Positions 21,488 through 33,106 of a stretch of 64,000 nt of DNA are shown here, piece after piece. This stretch comes from an uncultured Gemmatimonadales bacterium. Its GTDB lineage: Bacteria > Gemmatimonadota > Gemmatimonadetes > Gemmatimonadales > Gemmatimonadaceae. Every line of letters starts with the position of its first letter. Positions within the stretch are counted from its first letter, which is position 1. The notes beneath the pieces were generated by a model. It searched no databases. It was not told the DNA's origin and was given only the letters and a program-made list of their open reading frames with translations. The stretch is from the NCBI GenBank assembly GCA_963701965.1, contig OY969695.1:3008001-3072000 (forward strand), given 5' to 3'. A program made the translations under genes and the position numbers.

Positions 21488-22659
21488 CGCGCACGCTGTC
21501 GACGGGCGTTTCGCCGTCGATGGTCCCGAGAGCCCCATGGTTCCGGCGCATGAGCCCCGCGAACGCCTCGGCGATCGACGGGTCGAACTCGGCGCCGGAG
21601 CGGCGTTCAATGTACGCCAGCGCGTCCGACGACGACCACGCCGGACGATACGGCCGGTCGGTGTGCAGCGCATCGAACACATCGCAGACGTGCACCAGCA
21701 TGCTGGCGTAGTGGCAATCGCGTGAGAAATGGCGCCGCGGATACCCGCGGCCGTCGAGCATGATGTGGTGCTCGTAGGCGACAGCGGCCTGGAGGCCGAG
21801 CGCTTTGTCGCTGTTCAGGATGATGCGCGCGCCTTCCGCCGGGTGCCGCTCGAGAATCTCCCGTTCCTCTTCCGTCAGCTCGCCGGGCTTGGTGAGAATC
21901 TGGGGGGGCACACGCACCTTGCCGAGGTCGTGCAGCAGTCCGCAGATGCCGATGGCCCGCACGTCGCGGGGCACGTGTCCGAGCGCTTCGGCCAGCGCCA
22001 TCGCCAGCACGGCAACGTTGATCGAATGCGTCGTCGTGTATTGGTCGAAGGCCTTGAGCCGCAGCAGGGGGATCAACAGCCGCCCGTCGGCGTGCAGCGC
22101 GATCGACAACGATCGCACCACCATCTCGGCTTCGATCATGGGCAGCGTCCCGCGGTCGCCGACCTCGCCGTGCATCCGAGATGACGGTGTCGATCTCCTC
22201 GCGCAGCACGTAGCCCCCGAGGCCGGAATCGGACAGCGCCGGGGACTTGAACTTGCCGTTTCCGCTCAGGTCGACGCCGATCATCCCGAATCGGATGACC
22301 TTCTGTCCCGGTGGCCGCTCGCGCTGCGAGGGATCGGTCATGCGGATATGGATGTCTTCGACGAACGTCGCGAACGCCTCGGCGCCGACATCGGCCACGA
22401 CCTCGACCCGCTGGACGCCGGCCGCGGCGCATTTCTCGGCCCACTCCCAGTCCTTGAGCTCGCGGAGCGCGTCGTATCCGTAGATCACGTCGCGCCCGAC
22501 GAAGCTGAAGTACGGTTGCCCATCCGCCGCCTGGAGGATGCGCAGCCGCTCATAGGCCGCATCGACGGCCCGGGCCCGGGCCGGATGCGCGGGTCCGTAC
22601 AGCGCGGTCGCCGAGAGGGCCTGGGCGAACGAATGCAGAAACGCCGTCGCGTCGTTCAT
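21480..22659 (-). CDS. HD-GYP domain phosphodiesterase, frameshift near 22178
   Basis: YT..HS.NV, LLHDLGK, HH...DGRGYP, DVFDAL...RPYR. Confidence 0.88.
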
Positions 22660-24719
22660 GCCGACGCTCCCGCGGCCACGCGGATCGCCCGGTCGCCCGA
22701 ACGCGCGGCTTTGGCGATGATCTTGGCCACCTTGGGATCCGCGGCCCACCGCGCCGTCAGCGCCGTCAGCGCCGCCAGCATCGTCGGCGAGCGGGGCAAC
22801 AATTTGTCGCGCCGAAGCCACCGCGTGCGCTTCACGGTGAGACTCCACAGGCAGCTCAACGCCGCCGGCACAGTCGACGTCCCGATCGCTTGAATGGCCA
22901 GGAGCTCGAGCTCCGGCGGCAGCGTCTCCGCGGCCAGCTTGGCGGTGATCTTGGGCACGATCGCGGGTGGGCACTCCTTGAGCGCGGCGTCGAGACCCAT
23001 CCGGAGGAGCTGGGGGTCGCTGTCGGCGATCGCCACCGTGAGCCCCAGGACACGGGTCTGGGTCCGTTTGAGCAACAGCCGCAACGCCTCGCGGCGCACG
23101 CGCACGTCGGTATTCTCGGCGTAGTCGGCGGCCGTGAACTGCGGCGGCCACGTTTCCAGGGAGCTCATGAGAATCAACAAGTTCCGCTGCGCGTACCACG
23201 GCGCGTTGGGGAGCCGCCGCACGATAGCGGGGCCAATGCCGTCCCCAAGCGAGGCCAGGACGTCCAGGATTCGGCGGCGCGCGGCGCGGGATGTCGACTC
23301 GATGAGGGCGTCCAACAGGATCTCGGTCGCCGAGTCGCCCACCCGCTTGGCGAATTCCCCGATCCGGCGCGCGTCGACGGCGGGGGCGGCGAGCAGCTGT
23401 CGGAAGTGTTCGGGCGTGGCCATGCGCGAGCGGATCACGCCGGGCAGCGGGTTGTCGCCGGGAATGGCGTCGAGCGTGTCCAGCACGAGGATGATGTCCC
23501 CGCGCGCGATGAGCGCGTCGATGGTCTCCCACAGCGCCGGCAATGTGTTGCGGAGCTCGAGGCAGATCTCGAACGTGCGCTCCAACTCGCTGACTTGCGT
23601 GATCCCCGTGGCGATCTTCCCCAGCTCGGCCGGGCGCGACAGATCGTCCAGCGCCTGGGCATACAGGGTCGACGTCGGATCGGGAAGCGTCCACCCGTCG
23701 ATCAGATCCCGGACCTGGTCGCGGAACGTCGCATCGCTTGGCTGGCGCAGCGGCGCGGCGCCGCGCTGGGCGTGTCCGGCGAGCTTGACCAGGAGGCGCA
23801 TCAGCGGCTGGGAGATCGCGCGCTGCGAGACGGTCGCGGCGGCCGTCGTGATGGACAGCACCGCGTCGACGGCCATCCCCTGCGCCGCGTCCATGAGGAA
23901 TGCTTTCCGCTGGGCCAGGTCGCCGCCCATCTTGAGCAGCCGCTGGAGCGCTTCGGGGCTCAGGTTGGCGACCAGGTTGGACACGCGGCCGCGCAACATG
24001 CTGGAATCAGCGTTGTCCGTCGTCCGCAGCTCATCGGCGATCTGCAGCAGGTAGCCGACGACGACCTGTTCGTAGGCGTCTTCCGACTCCTTGGTGTGCG
24101 TGTTGATCGCATCGGCCAACACCTTGGGATCGGTGTTGGTGTTGCCTTTGTCATCGCCCCGGACGTTGAGCGCCGCCTGGGCCAGCGAAAGCCAGAGCTG
24201 CGCGGCGCGCGGCACGGCGCGCGGCTTTCCGTCGGCCGGGCCGCCGTCTTCGTCGATGAGCGCCAGCCGGTCGTACGCCTGGCGATAGAGCTGGATGTGC
24301 ACCCAGCCCCCGGGGGCCGCGCTCGTGATCGGATCGACCGAGTGCTCCTCGGGCTCGCCCGCCAGGCGGCCGAGGACTTCGGCCAGCTCCGCGTCGGTGA
24401 GGCCGGGCAGCAGCTTGATGCCCGCCACGCGGTGGGCGTGGAGGCGTCCGGCCAGCGCGCGGAGCAGGTTGTTCTTGCTGTCCGTGGCCACGCCGTCGAT
24501 GATCATCTGGTCGCGGGCGACGCCGATGGTCAGCGACTGCCGCCCCGCCATGAGGGGCGTGAGCTTGTCGAGGACCCGCCGTTCCGACGTCTCCAACGAC
24601 GGATGGCCGCCGGGGTACATGGCCCGGCGTTGGGACGCAACGGCCAGGTCGATCAGGAACTCGGTCAGCTCCCGGCTGGGTTGCGCAACGGTTTGCTCCT
24701 GCCGCGCAGACGTGCTCAC
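22656..24719 (-). CDS. HEAT-repeat protein
   Basis: MYP.GHP N-terminus, WY..RNLL and VRVRREAL HEAT-like repeats; coupled to the HD-GYP gene. Confidence 0.75.
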   Translation of the reverse strand: MSTSARQEQTVAQPSRELTEFLIDLAVASQRRAMYPGGHPSLETSERRVLDKLTPLMAGRQSLTIGVARDQMIIDGVATDSKNNLLRALAGRLHAHRVAGIKLLPGLTDAELAEVLGRLAGEPEEHSVDPITSAAPGGWVHIQLYRQAYDRLALIDEDGGPADGKPRAVPRAAQLWLSLAQAALNVRGDDKGNTNTDPKVLADAINTHTKESEDAYEQVVVGYLLQIADELRTTDNADSSMLRGRVSNLVANLSPEALQRLLKMGGDLAQRKAFLMDAAQGMAVDAVLSITTAAATVSQRAISQPLMRLLVKLAGHAQRGAAPLRQPSDATFRDQVRDLIDGWTLPDPTSTLYAQALDDLSRPAELGKIATGITQVSELERTFEICLELRNTLPALWETIDALIARGDIILVLDTLDAIPGDNPLPGVIRSRMATPEHFRQLLAAPAVDARRIGEFAKRVGDSATEILLDALIESTSRAARRRILDVLASLGDGIGPAIVRRLPNAPWYAQRNLLILMSSLETWPPQFTAADYAENTDVRVRREALRLLLKRTQTRVLGLTVAIADSDPQLLRMGLDAALKECPPAIVPKITAKLAAETLPPELELLAIQAIGTSTVPAALSCLWSLTVKRTRWLRRDKLLPRSPTMLAALTALTARWAADPKVAKIIAKAARSGDRAIRVAAGASA

Positions 24720-24767
24720 ACTGTCAGGACGACCCGCCCGCGCACGGGGTACAGGCGGTCCGACCGG

Positions 24768-25661
24768 TTATCCCAGCGTGGTCGCCATGCCCATGACGTG
24801 GTAGCCCTTGTCGACGTAGACCGTCGAGCCGGTGATGCCGCTGGCCAGCGGGCTGGCGAGGAACGCCGCGACGTGTCCGACTTCCTCGGCGACCAGGGCT
24901 TCGGGGAGCGGCGTGTTGTTTTTACAGTACTCCACCATGCGCTCGATGATGCCGATGGCGCTGGCGGCGCGCGACGCCAAGGGGCCGGCCGAGATGGTGT
25001 TCACCCGGATGCCGTACTTCCGCCCGGCTTCCCAGGCCAGCACGCGGGTATCGCTTTCCAGCGCGGCTTTGGCCGAGCTCATGCCGCCGCCATAGCCCGG
25101 CACCACGCGTTCGCTCGCCATATAAGTGAGCGATAACGCCGACCCTCCGGGCCGGAACAAGGGGCCCAAGCGGCTGACGGCGGCGGTGAGCGAGTACGCG
25201 CTCGTGCCGATGGCCGCGAGATAGCCGGCGCGGCTCGTTTCCAGGAGCGGTTTTTTGACTTCCGGGGCGTTGGCCAGGGAGTGCACGACGATGTCGAGCG
25301 GCTGGTCCCCAAAGTCGCTGGTGAGGCGCGCGACCAGGCCGGCGATCGTGAAGTCGCCGACGTCCTTGTAGCGTTTATTGGTCGCGATGTCGGCGGGAAC
25401 GTCGCCCAGGGTATCGTAGGCGGCGTCCAGGGGGTAGATCTTCTCGAAGGTGAGTTGGGACCCGTCCGACATCCGGCGCGCCGCGTCCATCTTGCCGCGC
25501 TCGAGCAGGTTCAGGAAGATGTTGAGCGCCGGCGGCCAGGTGCCGACCGACACGCGCGCCCCGGCCTCGGCCAGGGCTTTGGCGATCGCGAATCCGAATC
25601 CCGCGTCGTCGGCCACACCCAGGACGAGCGCGCGTTTCCCGGTCAGGTCTATTTTCAGCAT
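24768..25661 (-). CDS. fabI: Enoyl-ACP reductase (plant/chlamydial-type FabI)
   Basis: [47 protein letters not shown]. Confidence 0.9.
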   Translation of the reverse strand: MLKIDLTGKRALVLGVADDAGFGFAIAKALAEAGARVSVGTWPPALNIFLNLLERGKMDAARRMSDGSQLTFEKIYPLDAAYDTLGDVPADIATNKRYKDVGDFTIAGLVARLTSDFGDQPLDIVVHSLANAPEVKKPLLETSRAGYLAAIGTSAYSLTAAVSRLGPLFRPGGSALSLTYMASERVVPGYGGGMSSAKAALESDTRVLAWEAGRKYGIRVNTISAGPLASRAASAIGIIERMVEYCKNNTPLPEALVAEEVGHVAAFLASPLASGITGSTVYVDKGYHVMGMATTLG

Positions 25662-26823
25662 GGTGGAAAATAGCCCGGACGACGGTTCGCGACAGCAGAC
25701 GCTCGTGCGGGGTCGATCCGGTCCTTCGTTCGTCCGCGGACTGTGGCGGGTGGCCGCCGCCGACGTGTCGAGCGGGAACCGCGTCCGATTGTTGCGCGAC
25801 GGCGCGGCGACGTTCGACGCGATGCTGGAGTTGATCGCCGCGGCACGGACGTCGGTCGCGATCGAGCAGTACATCTTCCGCGGCGACGAGGTGGGCCGGC
25901 GTTTCGCCGAGGCCTTGGGCGCGGCGGCGGAGCGCGGCGTCGCCGTGCGGGTGCTGGCGGATTGGTTCGGGCGCGTGGGTACCCCGCGCGCGTTCTGGCG
26001 GAACCTGCGGGCGCGGGGCGTCGACGTGCGGTTCTTCAATCCGGTGGGGTTTCGCCGGTGGTTTGGCTGGGTGCCGCGCGACCACCGGAAGCTGCTCGTG
26101 GTCGACGAAGGCGCGGGCGTGACCGGCGGCATCGGCATCGGCGCCGAGTGGCGCACGGGGGTGCTCAAGCGCCGGCGGTCGCCGTGGCGCGACACCGCGG
26201 TGTGCATCCGCGGCGCGGCCGGCGCCGACATGCAGCGGGCCTTCGAGTCGATGTGGACCCGGTCCCTGGGAAAAGAGCGGCGGGGCGCGCACCGGCTCAT
26301 GAGCCGCAAGTCGCGCGGCGCGCATCTCGACCCGGCGACTGACGAGCCGTCGCTGGTCGGCATCATCGAGGGCGAGCCCGGCCGTCTGCGCGTCTCCCGC
26401 GCGCTCCAGATCCAGGCGGTGTCGGCCGAGAAGACCATCTGGATCGCCAGCGCGTACTTCGTCCCGGCGTTCTCCGAAGTCGAGGCGCTCACCGGCGCCG
26501 CCCGCGACGGCGTCGACGTGCGGATTCTGGTGCCGTCGCGCTATGACCATCCCTGGATCCGGCTCCTGACCACGCATTTCTATCGCCGGCTGCTCATGAA
26601 CGGCGTGCGCATCTTCGAGTGGAAGGGCGAGATGATGCACGCCAAGACGAGCGTCGTCGACGGCCGCTTCACCCGTGTCGGCTCCACGGACTACAACCCG
26701 CTCGGCGTCGCCATCAACTTCGAGTTGGACGCGGTGATCGAGGACGCCGCGGTCGGCGCCGAGGCCGAGCGAATGTTCCTCGCCGATCTGGAGACGTCGC
26801 AGGAAATTCGGCGAGCGCCCTAA
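25660..26823 (+). CDS. Cardiolipin synthase / phospholipase D family
   Basis: Two HKD motifs ([18 protein letters not shown]); start uncertain. Confidence 0.88.
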   Translation: MVENSPDDGSRQQTLVRGRSGPSFVRGLWRVAAADVSSGNRVRLLRDGAATFDAMLELIAAARTSVAIEQYIFRGDEVGRRFAEALGAAAERGVAVRVLADWFGRVGTPRAFWRNLRARGVDVRFFNPVGFRRWFGWVPRDHRKLLVVDEGAGVTGGIGIGAEWRTGVLKRRRSPWRDTAVCIRGAAGADMQRAFESMWTRSLGKERRGAHRLMSRKSRGAHLDPATDEPSLVGIIEGEPGRLRVSRALQIQAVSAEKTIWIASAYFVPAFSEVEALTGAARDGVDVRILVPSRYDHPWIRLLTTHFYRRLLMNGVRIFEWKGEMMHAKTSVVDGRFTRVGSTDYNPLGVAINFELDAVIEDAAVGAEAERMFLADLETSQEIRRAP

Positions 26824-29198
26824 TCGGCCTGCAGCGCTCTCGCCGGATCGACGCGCGTCGCCTGGTGCGCGGGGAAGAACGCCGCGAACATGGCGACCGC
26901 GAGTAAGACGACACAGGCCGCAATCAGAGCGATGGGATCGTAGGGGCGGACCTGGTAAAGCAGCGAGGCGACCAGGCGGGAGAGCGCGAGCGCTACCACA
27001 ATCCCGACGACGGCTCCCGCCGCCGACACGGCCAGCGCGCGGCCGAGGACTTCGCGGCGGACGCGGTCGGGCGTAGCGCCGAGCGCCATGCGGATCCCAA
27101 TGTCGCGCGTGCTCTCGCGGACGGCGGTCGCCATGATGCCATAGAGGCCGATCGCGGCGAGTGCCAGCGCGACCATGCCGAACGCCGAGAGGAGGAGCGC
27201 GCTCATGCGCGGCTGGGCCAGAGGGGCGTCGAGCAGCTGATCCATCGTTTGGGCCCGATACAGTTGGAGGCCTGGTTCGATGTGAGCCGTCGCTTTCCGG
27301 ATCGCGGGCAGCACGGTGGCCAGCGGGACCGCGGTCCGGATGGCCACCCATCCCTGCCAGTAGAATTGCCGGTACGGCACAAACACCGTCGGTGTAGACT
27401 CGCGCAGTGTGCGGAGGTGCGTATCGCCGGCGACGCCGACCACCGTACGCCACGTTACCGTGTCGCCGCCGTCGTATCGGATGCGCTTGCCGATCGGGTC
27501 GGCGCCCGGCCAGAAGCGACGGGCGACCGCTTCGCTCACCACGACGACCAGCGGCGATTTTTCCCGGTCGGTGTCGAGAAACCCGCGGCCGCGGACAATG
27601 GGGATGCCGAACGTCCGGAAATAATCGGCGTTGCCGGACTCTTGCGGGATCCACACGCCGGCGTCCGGTTGCGGCTGTTGTTCCGTGACCCACAGCGCGG
27701 TCCACACGTTGGCGCCAAGCAGTGGCTCGATCGTTGTGGGTGTGAGCGACGTGATGCCGGGAATGGCTCGTAGCCGGGGCGCGATGGCATCGAATCGATC
27801 GTAATCTTTCATCGGCTCGCTGTCCGTCGCGGTGATCCGGAACGTGAAGGAGAGCATCGTCAGATGCGACGGACGAAAGCCCAGTGGGATGGTTTCGAGC
27901 TGTTGGAGGCTGCGCACGAGCAATCCGGCGCCGGCCAACATCACGAGTGCAAGCGCGACCTGCGCCGCCACCAGGAGCTGCCGCGTGCGCTGGCGGTCGC
28001 GAGTGCCGGTACCCGCGCGTCGATCGAGGCGGAGCGGCGACATGGGGCTGCGGGCGCCCGCGAGGAATGCGGGCACGACGCCGAACGCCAGCACGGCGAT
28101 ACCCGTGAGGCCCAACGCGAGCCCGAGCGGGGCACCGGCGACGCGGACCGCATCCAGCCGTGGTAATTCGCGCGGCGCAGCGGTGATCAACGTGCGGCGC
28201 AGGAACTCGGCGCACGCGAGACCGAGCGCGCCGCCCGCGACGGCGAGGAGGCCGCTTTCCAGCAGCAGATGCCGCACGATGTCGCCGGGCGTCGCGCCGA
28301 GAGCTCTGCGCACCGCCAACTCGCGGGCGCGCGTGCCGGCGCGGAGCAGCAGCAAGTTGCCGACGTTGGCGCAGGCGATCGCCAGGAGCAGGCCGACGGC
28401 GGCCGTCAGCACGATCAGTACCGGCCGGACGTTGCCGGTCACGCCGGTCGCCAACGTCCGGATCTGGGCCCGATACGAATGTCCCAAATCGTGGTGACGG
28501 TCGAGCGATTGCGTCAGGGTCATCATCTCGGCCCGCGCCGTGGCCAGCGTGGCGCCCGGCGCCAGGCGGGCAATGACGTCGGACGCGACGCCGTGTGCTT
28601 CCCCCCTCCAATAGTCCGTGCCGACGGGATAATCGAGACCCGGCGGCGCGACGCCCACGATCGTGTAGGGCGATCCATCGTACGGCAATGTCAGGTGACG
28701 GCCGATGACCGACGGGTCGCCGCCGAACTGTCGTTGCCAGGCGCCGTAGCTGAGCACGATGACGACCGGCGCCCCCTTCGCATCATCGTCGCGTCGGATG
28801 AGTCGGCCGATCACCGGCCGCACGCCGAGCAGGTCGAAGAAATTGCCGCTGACCAGCGCTGCGGCCAGCGTGACTGGCTGGTCATTGTAGGTGACGGGGA
28901 ACGGTTGCGCGTTCCAATGCGCGATACTGGCCATCTCGCGCATCGTGCGGCTGTGCGGGGCCATCGCCTTGATGTCGTCGCGCGACATCGCCACGTCCGT
29001 CCCCGCCTCGTCGACGATCGCCGGCAAGACCACCCGGTCGGGATCGCGCACTGGCAGCCGTTGCAGCAACACGGCGCGGAACACCGTGAACACCGCGGCT
29101 GACGCGCCGATCCCGAGACCCAGGATCAGCACGGTCGTGATGGTGAACGTCGGGGCGCGTCGGAGCCCACGGAGCGCGACGCGCAATGCCCGGATCAC
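26820..29198 (-). CDS. ADOP-type duplicated ABC permease (MacB/FtsX)
   Basis: LGLGIGA..AVF, IACANV.NLLL, RE.AVR.ALGA, QVAL..V.L.GAGL, GIRMALGA. Confidence 0.9.
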   Translation of the reverse strand: MIRALRVALRGLRRAPTFTITTVLILGLGIGASAAVFTVFRAVLLQRLPVRDPDRVVLPAIVDEAGTDVAMSRDDIKAMAPHSRTMREMASIAHWNAQPFPVTYNDQPVTLAAALVSGNFFDLLGVRPVIGRLIRRDDDAKGAPVVIVLSYGAWQRQFGGDPSVIGRHLTLPYDGSPYTIVGVAPPGLDYPVGTDYWRGEAHGVASDVIARLAPGATLATARAEMMTLTQSLDRHHDLGHSYRAQIRTLATGVTGNVRPVLIVLTAAVGLLLAIACANVGNLLLLRAGTRARELAVRRALGATPGDIVRHLLLESGLLAVAGGALGLACAEFLRRTLITAAPRELPRLDAVRVAGAPLGLALGLTGIAVLAFGVVPAFLAGARSPMSPLRLDRRAGTGTRDRQRTRQLLVAAQVALALVMLAGAGLLVRSLQQLETIPLGFRPSHLTMLSFTFRITATDSEPMKDYDRFDAIAPRLRAIPGITSLTPTTIEPLLGANVWTALWVTEQQPQPDAGVWIPQESGNADYFRTFGIPIVRGRGFLDTDREKSPLVVVVSEAVARRFWPGADPIGKRIRYDGGDTVTWRTVVGVAGDTHLRTLRESTPTVFVPYRQFYWQGWVAIRTAVPLATVLPAIRKATAHIEPGLQLYRAQTMDQLLDAPLAQPRMSALLLSAFGMVALALAAIGLYGIMATAVRESTRDIGIRMALGATPDRVRREVLGRALAVSAAGAVVGIVVALALSRLVASLLYQVRPYDPIALIAACVVLLAVAMFAAFFPAHQATRVDPARALQAD

Positions 29199-30358
29199 AA
29201 GGCCTCGCCGGCGACCCGCGCCGCCTCGGCCAGGACCGCGGCGCCGACGTAAATGCTCGCCTCGGCCGCATAGAATCGCGGCGAGTGCGCTGCGTGGCGT
29301 TCGCCGCCCGGCTCGCGGGCGCCGATCCGCATGAACGCGCCCGGCATGCGTTCCAAGTAGCAGGCGAAGTCTTCGCCGCCCATGTTCGTCGTGCCCAGCG
29401 GGACGACGCCGTCGGGGCCGACGACGCGGGTCGCGGCGTCGCGGGCCCAGCGGGCCGCGTCGTCCGGGTTGACCAGTGGCGGAGTGCCTTGTGGCAGCGT
29501 GACGGTCGCGGTGAGCCGGTAGGCGGCGCCGATCTGCTCGGCGAGCCGCCGGACTTCCCCGATCAGGAGCGCGCGGGACTCCGGTTCGGTCGCCCGGATG
29601 GTGCCACTTAGCGTGGCCGTCTCCGGGATGATGTTGGGTGCGGTGCCCGCCCGGATCGTCCCGACGGTCACCACGCCCGCCGCCGCCGGCGCCAGGCGCC
29701 GCGAGACGATCGTCTGGAGCGCGGTAATCAGGGCCGCCGCGCCCACGACCGGATCGGCCGACTCCTGCGGACGCGCGCCGTGAGCGCCGCGCCCCGTGAG
29801 GACGATCTCGAACGTGTCCGCCAATGCCGCCAGCGGTCCGGCATCGGCCACGACTTCGCCGACCGCGAACCGGCGGTCCACGTGGCCGCCGAAGATCGCG
29901 CGCGCGCCGTCGAGCGCCCCGCTCGCCAACACCGCCCGGGCGCCTTCGCCGACCTCTTCGGCGGGCTGGAACACCACCAGGACATCACCAGCCGCGGGTC
30001 GCTTGCCGAGCAGCACGGCGGCGCCCGCCGCCCACGTCGCGTGGATGTCGTGGCCACAGGCGTGCATGACGCCCGATCGCTCCGAAGCATAGGGGAGTCC
30101 CGTCGCCTCCTCGATCGGCAGCGCGTCAATGTCGCCGCGCACGGCGACCGTCGGTCCGCCCCGTCCCGGGATGCGCGCCAGGAGCCCGGTGTCGACGATG
30201 CGGACGACGTCGGAGACGCCCAGGGCGCGCAGCGCTTTCTCGATGCGCCGGGCGGTTTCGGTCTCGCGCCAGGACAGCTCCGGGAACCGGTGCAACTCCC
30301 GGCGGAGCGCGATCAGCGCGGCGCGCTCGTCTTCGGTGAACAGCGTCTCGGGTTGCAC
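29195..30358 (-). CDS. M20D amidohydrolase
   Basis: RRELHR.PELS, RGDIDALP, MHACGHD, FQPAEE, GEDF. Confidence 0.9.
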   Translation of the reverse strand: MQPETLFTEDERAALIALRRELHRFPELSWRETETARRIEKALRALGVSDVVRIVDTGLLARIPGRGGPTVAVRGDIDALPIEEATGLPYASERSGVMHACGHDIHATWAAGAAVLLGKRPAAGDVLVVFQPAEEVGEGARAVLASGALDGARAIFGGHVDRRFAVGEVVADAGPLAALADTFEIVLTGRGAHGARPQESADPVVGAAALITALQTIVSRRLAPAAAGVVTVGTIRAGTAPNIIPETATLSGTIRATEPESRALLIGEVRRLAEQIGAAYRLTATVTLPQGTPPLVNPDDAARWARDAATRVVGPDGVVPLGTTNMGGEDFACYLERMPGAFMRIGAREPGGERHAAHSPRFYAAEASIYVGAAVLAEAARVAGEAL

Positions 30359-30402
30359 ACCGGAGCTTGCGTCCCGGAGCGGATCATAGCAAGAGTGCAC
30401 CC

Positions 30403-30960
30403 GTGCACGACACGGATGAGCCGGAGACGTGGCGCCGCCCCGCGGGCCTTTTCATCCTCGCCATGGTCGAGGGGCCGGCCGCCGATCGCATTCAGGCCAT
30501 TCAGCGGGAGTACGACCCCAAGTTCGCGACGGCCCACCGTCCGCACCTGACCCTGGCCGGCTCCTCCGGCGTCGGCCCGATCCACGCCGGCACGTCGATC
30601 GAGACCGTGCGCGCCGCGTTGGTACCGGTGGCGGCGGCGACGCCGCCTCTGGCCCTGGCGTTTGGGCCGCCGACGCGATTCATGCAGACCAACGTGGTGA
30701 GTCTCCCGTTGGATCCTCACGGGCCCCTGCGCGTGCTCCATGATCGCATCGCCCAGAGCGGTCTCGCGTTCAGCGCGGCCCGGTTCACGTTCACGCCGCA
30801 CGTGACGCTCAGTTTCTACCCGACGCTGAGCCGCGACCGGTTGCGGGAGCTCTTGAGCCTCCGCATCACGGAGCCGGCGCGCTTCGCGAGCCTCGCCATA
30901 TCGTCGACCGACGATCCGCTCCCGCCCAAGCTGGTGTTGGAGATCCCCCTCGGCGGCTAG
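30403..30960 (+). CDS. 2H phosphoesterase (2'-5' RNA ligase family)
   Basis: Two HxT motifs (PHLTL, PHVTL). Confidence 0.75.
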   Translation: MHDTDEPETWRRPAGLFILAMVEGPAADRIQAIQREYDPKFATAHRPHLTLAGSSGVGPIHAGTSIETVRAALVPVAAATPPLALAFGPPTRFMQTNVVSLPLDPHGPLRVLHDRIAQSGLAFSAARFTFTPHVTLSFYPTLSRDRLRELLSLRITEPARFASLAISSTDDPLPPKLVLEIPLGG

Positions 30961-31406
30961 AGGGCTTTCCGGACGGCGGCGTCCACGTCCGGCGCGCCGC
31001 CGCTGCCGGCGTACACGACGGTGCCTTTGGCATTGATGACGACGAGATATGACGTGCCCGGTACATCGTACGCCTCGACCGCGGCGCCGGTGTCGTCGTA
31101 CAGGACCGGGCCGACGAACGGCTTTTGCCGCGCATACCGCGCCACCTCGGCCGGTGTCTCGTCGACTGCGACCGCGACCGTCACGAACGCGACGCGTCCC
31201 GTGTAGCGCCGCGCCGCCGCCTGGAGCGCCGGCTCCAGCTCGCGGCAGTTGGGGCACCATTTCGCCCAGAACTCGATCACCGCCGGCCTGTGGCCGATGT
31301 ATGTCGAGAGGTTCGCGGCCTGGCCATCGAGCGTCTGGACCGCGGCGTGGGGAGCCGGCGCGCCCACGGCGATGGCGAGCAGCGCGGAGAGGGTCCACCG
31401 GCGCAT
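30957..31406 (-). CDS. TlpA-family thiol-disulfide oxidoreductase
   Basis: Signal peptide, FWAKWCPNC. Confidence 0.85.
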   Translation of the reverse strand: MRRWTLSALLAIAVGAPAPHAAVQTLDGQAANLSTYIGHRPAVIEFWAKWCPNCRELEPALQAAARRYTGRVAFVTVAVAVDETPAEVARYARQKPFVGPVLYDDTGAAVEAYDVPGTSYLVVINAKGTVVYAGSGGAPDVDAAVRKAL

Positions 31407-31428
31407 GAGGCCAAGTATACTTCGTGTC
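31407..31428. promoter_or_regulatory. Putative bidirectional -10 element (AAGTATACTT palindrome) for leaderless tlpA and ettA
   Basis: TATACT on both strands, each 7 nt before an ATG; no RBS. Confidence 0.6.
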
Positions 31429-33105
31429 ATGGCGCCCCAGTTTATCTACGTAATGAAAGGCTTGCGCAAGGTCGTCCCGCCATCGCGGGAGATCCTGCGC
31501 GACATTTATCTGTCGTTTTACCCCGGAGCCAAGATCGGGGTGCTGGGCGCCAACGGCGCCGGCAAGTCGTCGCTGCTCCGCATCATGGCCGGCGTCGACC
31601 AGGACTTTCAGGGTGAAGCCTTCGCTCACGGGGGCACGCGTATCGGGTACCTGGCGCAGGAACCCCAACTCGACGCGTCCAAGGACGTGCGGGGCAACGT
31701 CGAGGAAGCCGTGCGCTCGACGCGCGCGCTCCTGACCCGGTTCGAGCAGATCTCGGCCAAGTTCGCCGAGCCAATGTCCGACGACGCAATGACCAAGCTG
31801 CTCGACGAGCAGGCTAAGGTGCAGGAGCGCATCGACGCCGTGAACGCGTGGGAGCTCGATCGCACGATCGAGATCGCGATGGACGCCTTGCGGCTCCCTC
31901 CTGGCGACGCCAATGTCGGCCGGCTGTCCGGCGGCGAGCGGCGCCGCGTCGCGCTCTGTCGCGTGCTGCTCGAAGAGCCCGACCTGCTGCTGATCGACGA
32001 GCCGACCAACCATCTCGACGCCGAGAGCGTCGCCTGGCTGGAGCGCCACCTGGCCGAGTTCAAGGGCACGGTCGTGGCGGTGACCCACGACCGGTATTTC
32101 CTGGACAACGTCGCCGGCTGGATCCTGGAGCTGGACCGCGGCCACGGAATCCCGTACGAGGGCAACTACACGGCGTGGCTGGATCAGAAGCGCACGCGCT
32201 TGGCGCAGGAGGAGAAGCAAGCCTCGGCCCGCCAGCGCACGTTGGAGCGGGAGCTGGAGTGGGTGCGCATGGCGCCGCGGGCCCGTCAAGCCAAGTCCAA
32301 GGCCCGCGTGCAGCAGTACGAGGAGTTGGCCAAGGCCGACACGGCGGAGCGGGTGCTCCAGAACGAGATCATCATTCCGCCGCCACCGCGCTTGGGCAAC
32401 GACGTCGTCATCGCCAAGGATCTCAAGAAGAGTTTCGGCGACACGCTGTTGTTCGAGGGGATGTCCTTCAGCCTGCCGCGCGGCGGGATCGTGGGCGTCA
32501 TCGGCCCGAACGGCGCCGGCAAGACAACGCTTTTCCGGATGATCGTCGGCCAGGAGGCCCCCGACAGCGGCACGCTGACGGTCGGCGAGACCGTGCAGCT
32601 GGCCTATGTCGATCAGGGGCGGGAGCTCAACGGCGCCAACACCGTCTATCAGGAAGTGAGCGGCGGGACCGACACCATTCAGGTGGGCAAGCGCGAAGTC
32701 AACGCCCGCGCTTATCTCGCCAGCTTCAACTTCCGCGGCGCCGACCAGCAGAAGAAGGTCGCCGACCTCTCGGGCGGCGAGCGCAACCGGCTCCACTTGT
32801 CCAAGCTCCTGAAGAGCGGCGGGAATCTCCTGCTGCTCGACGAGCCGACGAACGATCTCGACGTCGACACCCTGCGCGCACTGGAGGACGCACTCCTCGA
32901 TTTCGCCGGGTGTGCCGTCGTCATCACGCACGACCGGTGGTTCCTCGACCGCATCGCGACCCACATCCTCGCCTTCGAGGGCAACAGTGAAGTCGTCTGG
33001 TTCGAGGGGAACTACCGGGCGTACGCCGAGGATCTGCACAAGCGAAAGGGGACGGACGCCGACCAACCGCACCGCATCGCCTACAAGAAGCTCGTACGCG
33101 CCTGA
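31429..33105 (+). CDS. ettA: Energy-dependent translational throttle ABC-F protein
   Basis: MA.QFIY.M..L.KV.PP, LSF.PGAKIGV.G.NGAGKS, two ABC domains, PHRI.YKKL end. Confidence 0.95.
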   Translation: MAPQFIYVMKGLRKVVPPSREILRDIYLSFYPGAKIGVLGANGAGKSSLLRIMAGVDQDFQGEAFAHGGTRIGYLAQEPQLDASKDVRGNVEEAVRSTRALLTRFEQISAKFAEPMSDDAMTKLLDEQAKVQERIDAVNAWELDRTIEIAMDALRLPPGDANVGRLSGGERRRVALCRVLLEEPDLLLIDEPTNHLDAESVAWLERHLAEFKGTVVAVTHDRYFLDNVAGWILELDRGHGIPYEGNYTAWLDQKRTRLAQEEKQASARQRTLERELEWVRMAPRARQAKSKARVQQYEELAKADTAERVLQNEIIIPPPPRLGNDVVIAKDLKKSFGDTLLFEGMSFSLPRGGIVGVIGPNGAGKTTLFRMIVGQEAPDSGTLTVGETVQLAYVDQGRELNGANTVYQEVSGGTDTIQVGKREVNARAYLASFNFRGADQQKKVADLSGGERNRLHLSKLLKSGGNLLLLDEPTNDLDVDTLRALEDALLDFAGCAVVITHDRWFLDRIATHILAFEGNSEVVWFEGNYRAYAEDLHKRKGTDADQPHRIAYKKLVRA

Positions 33106-33106
33106 C

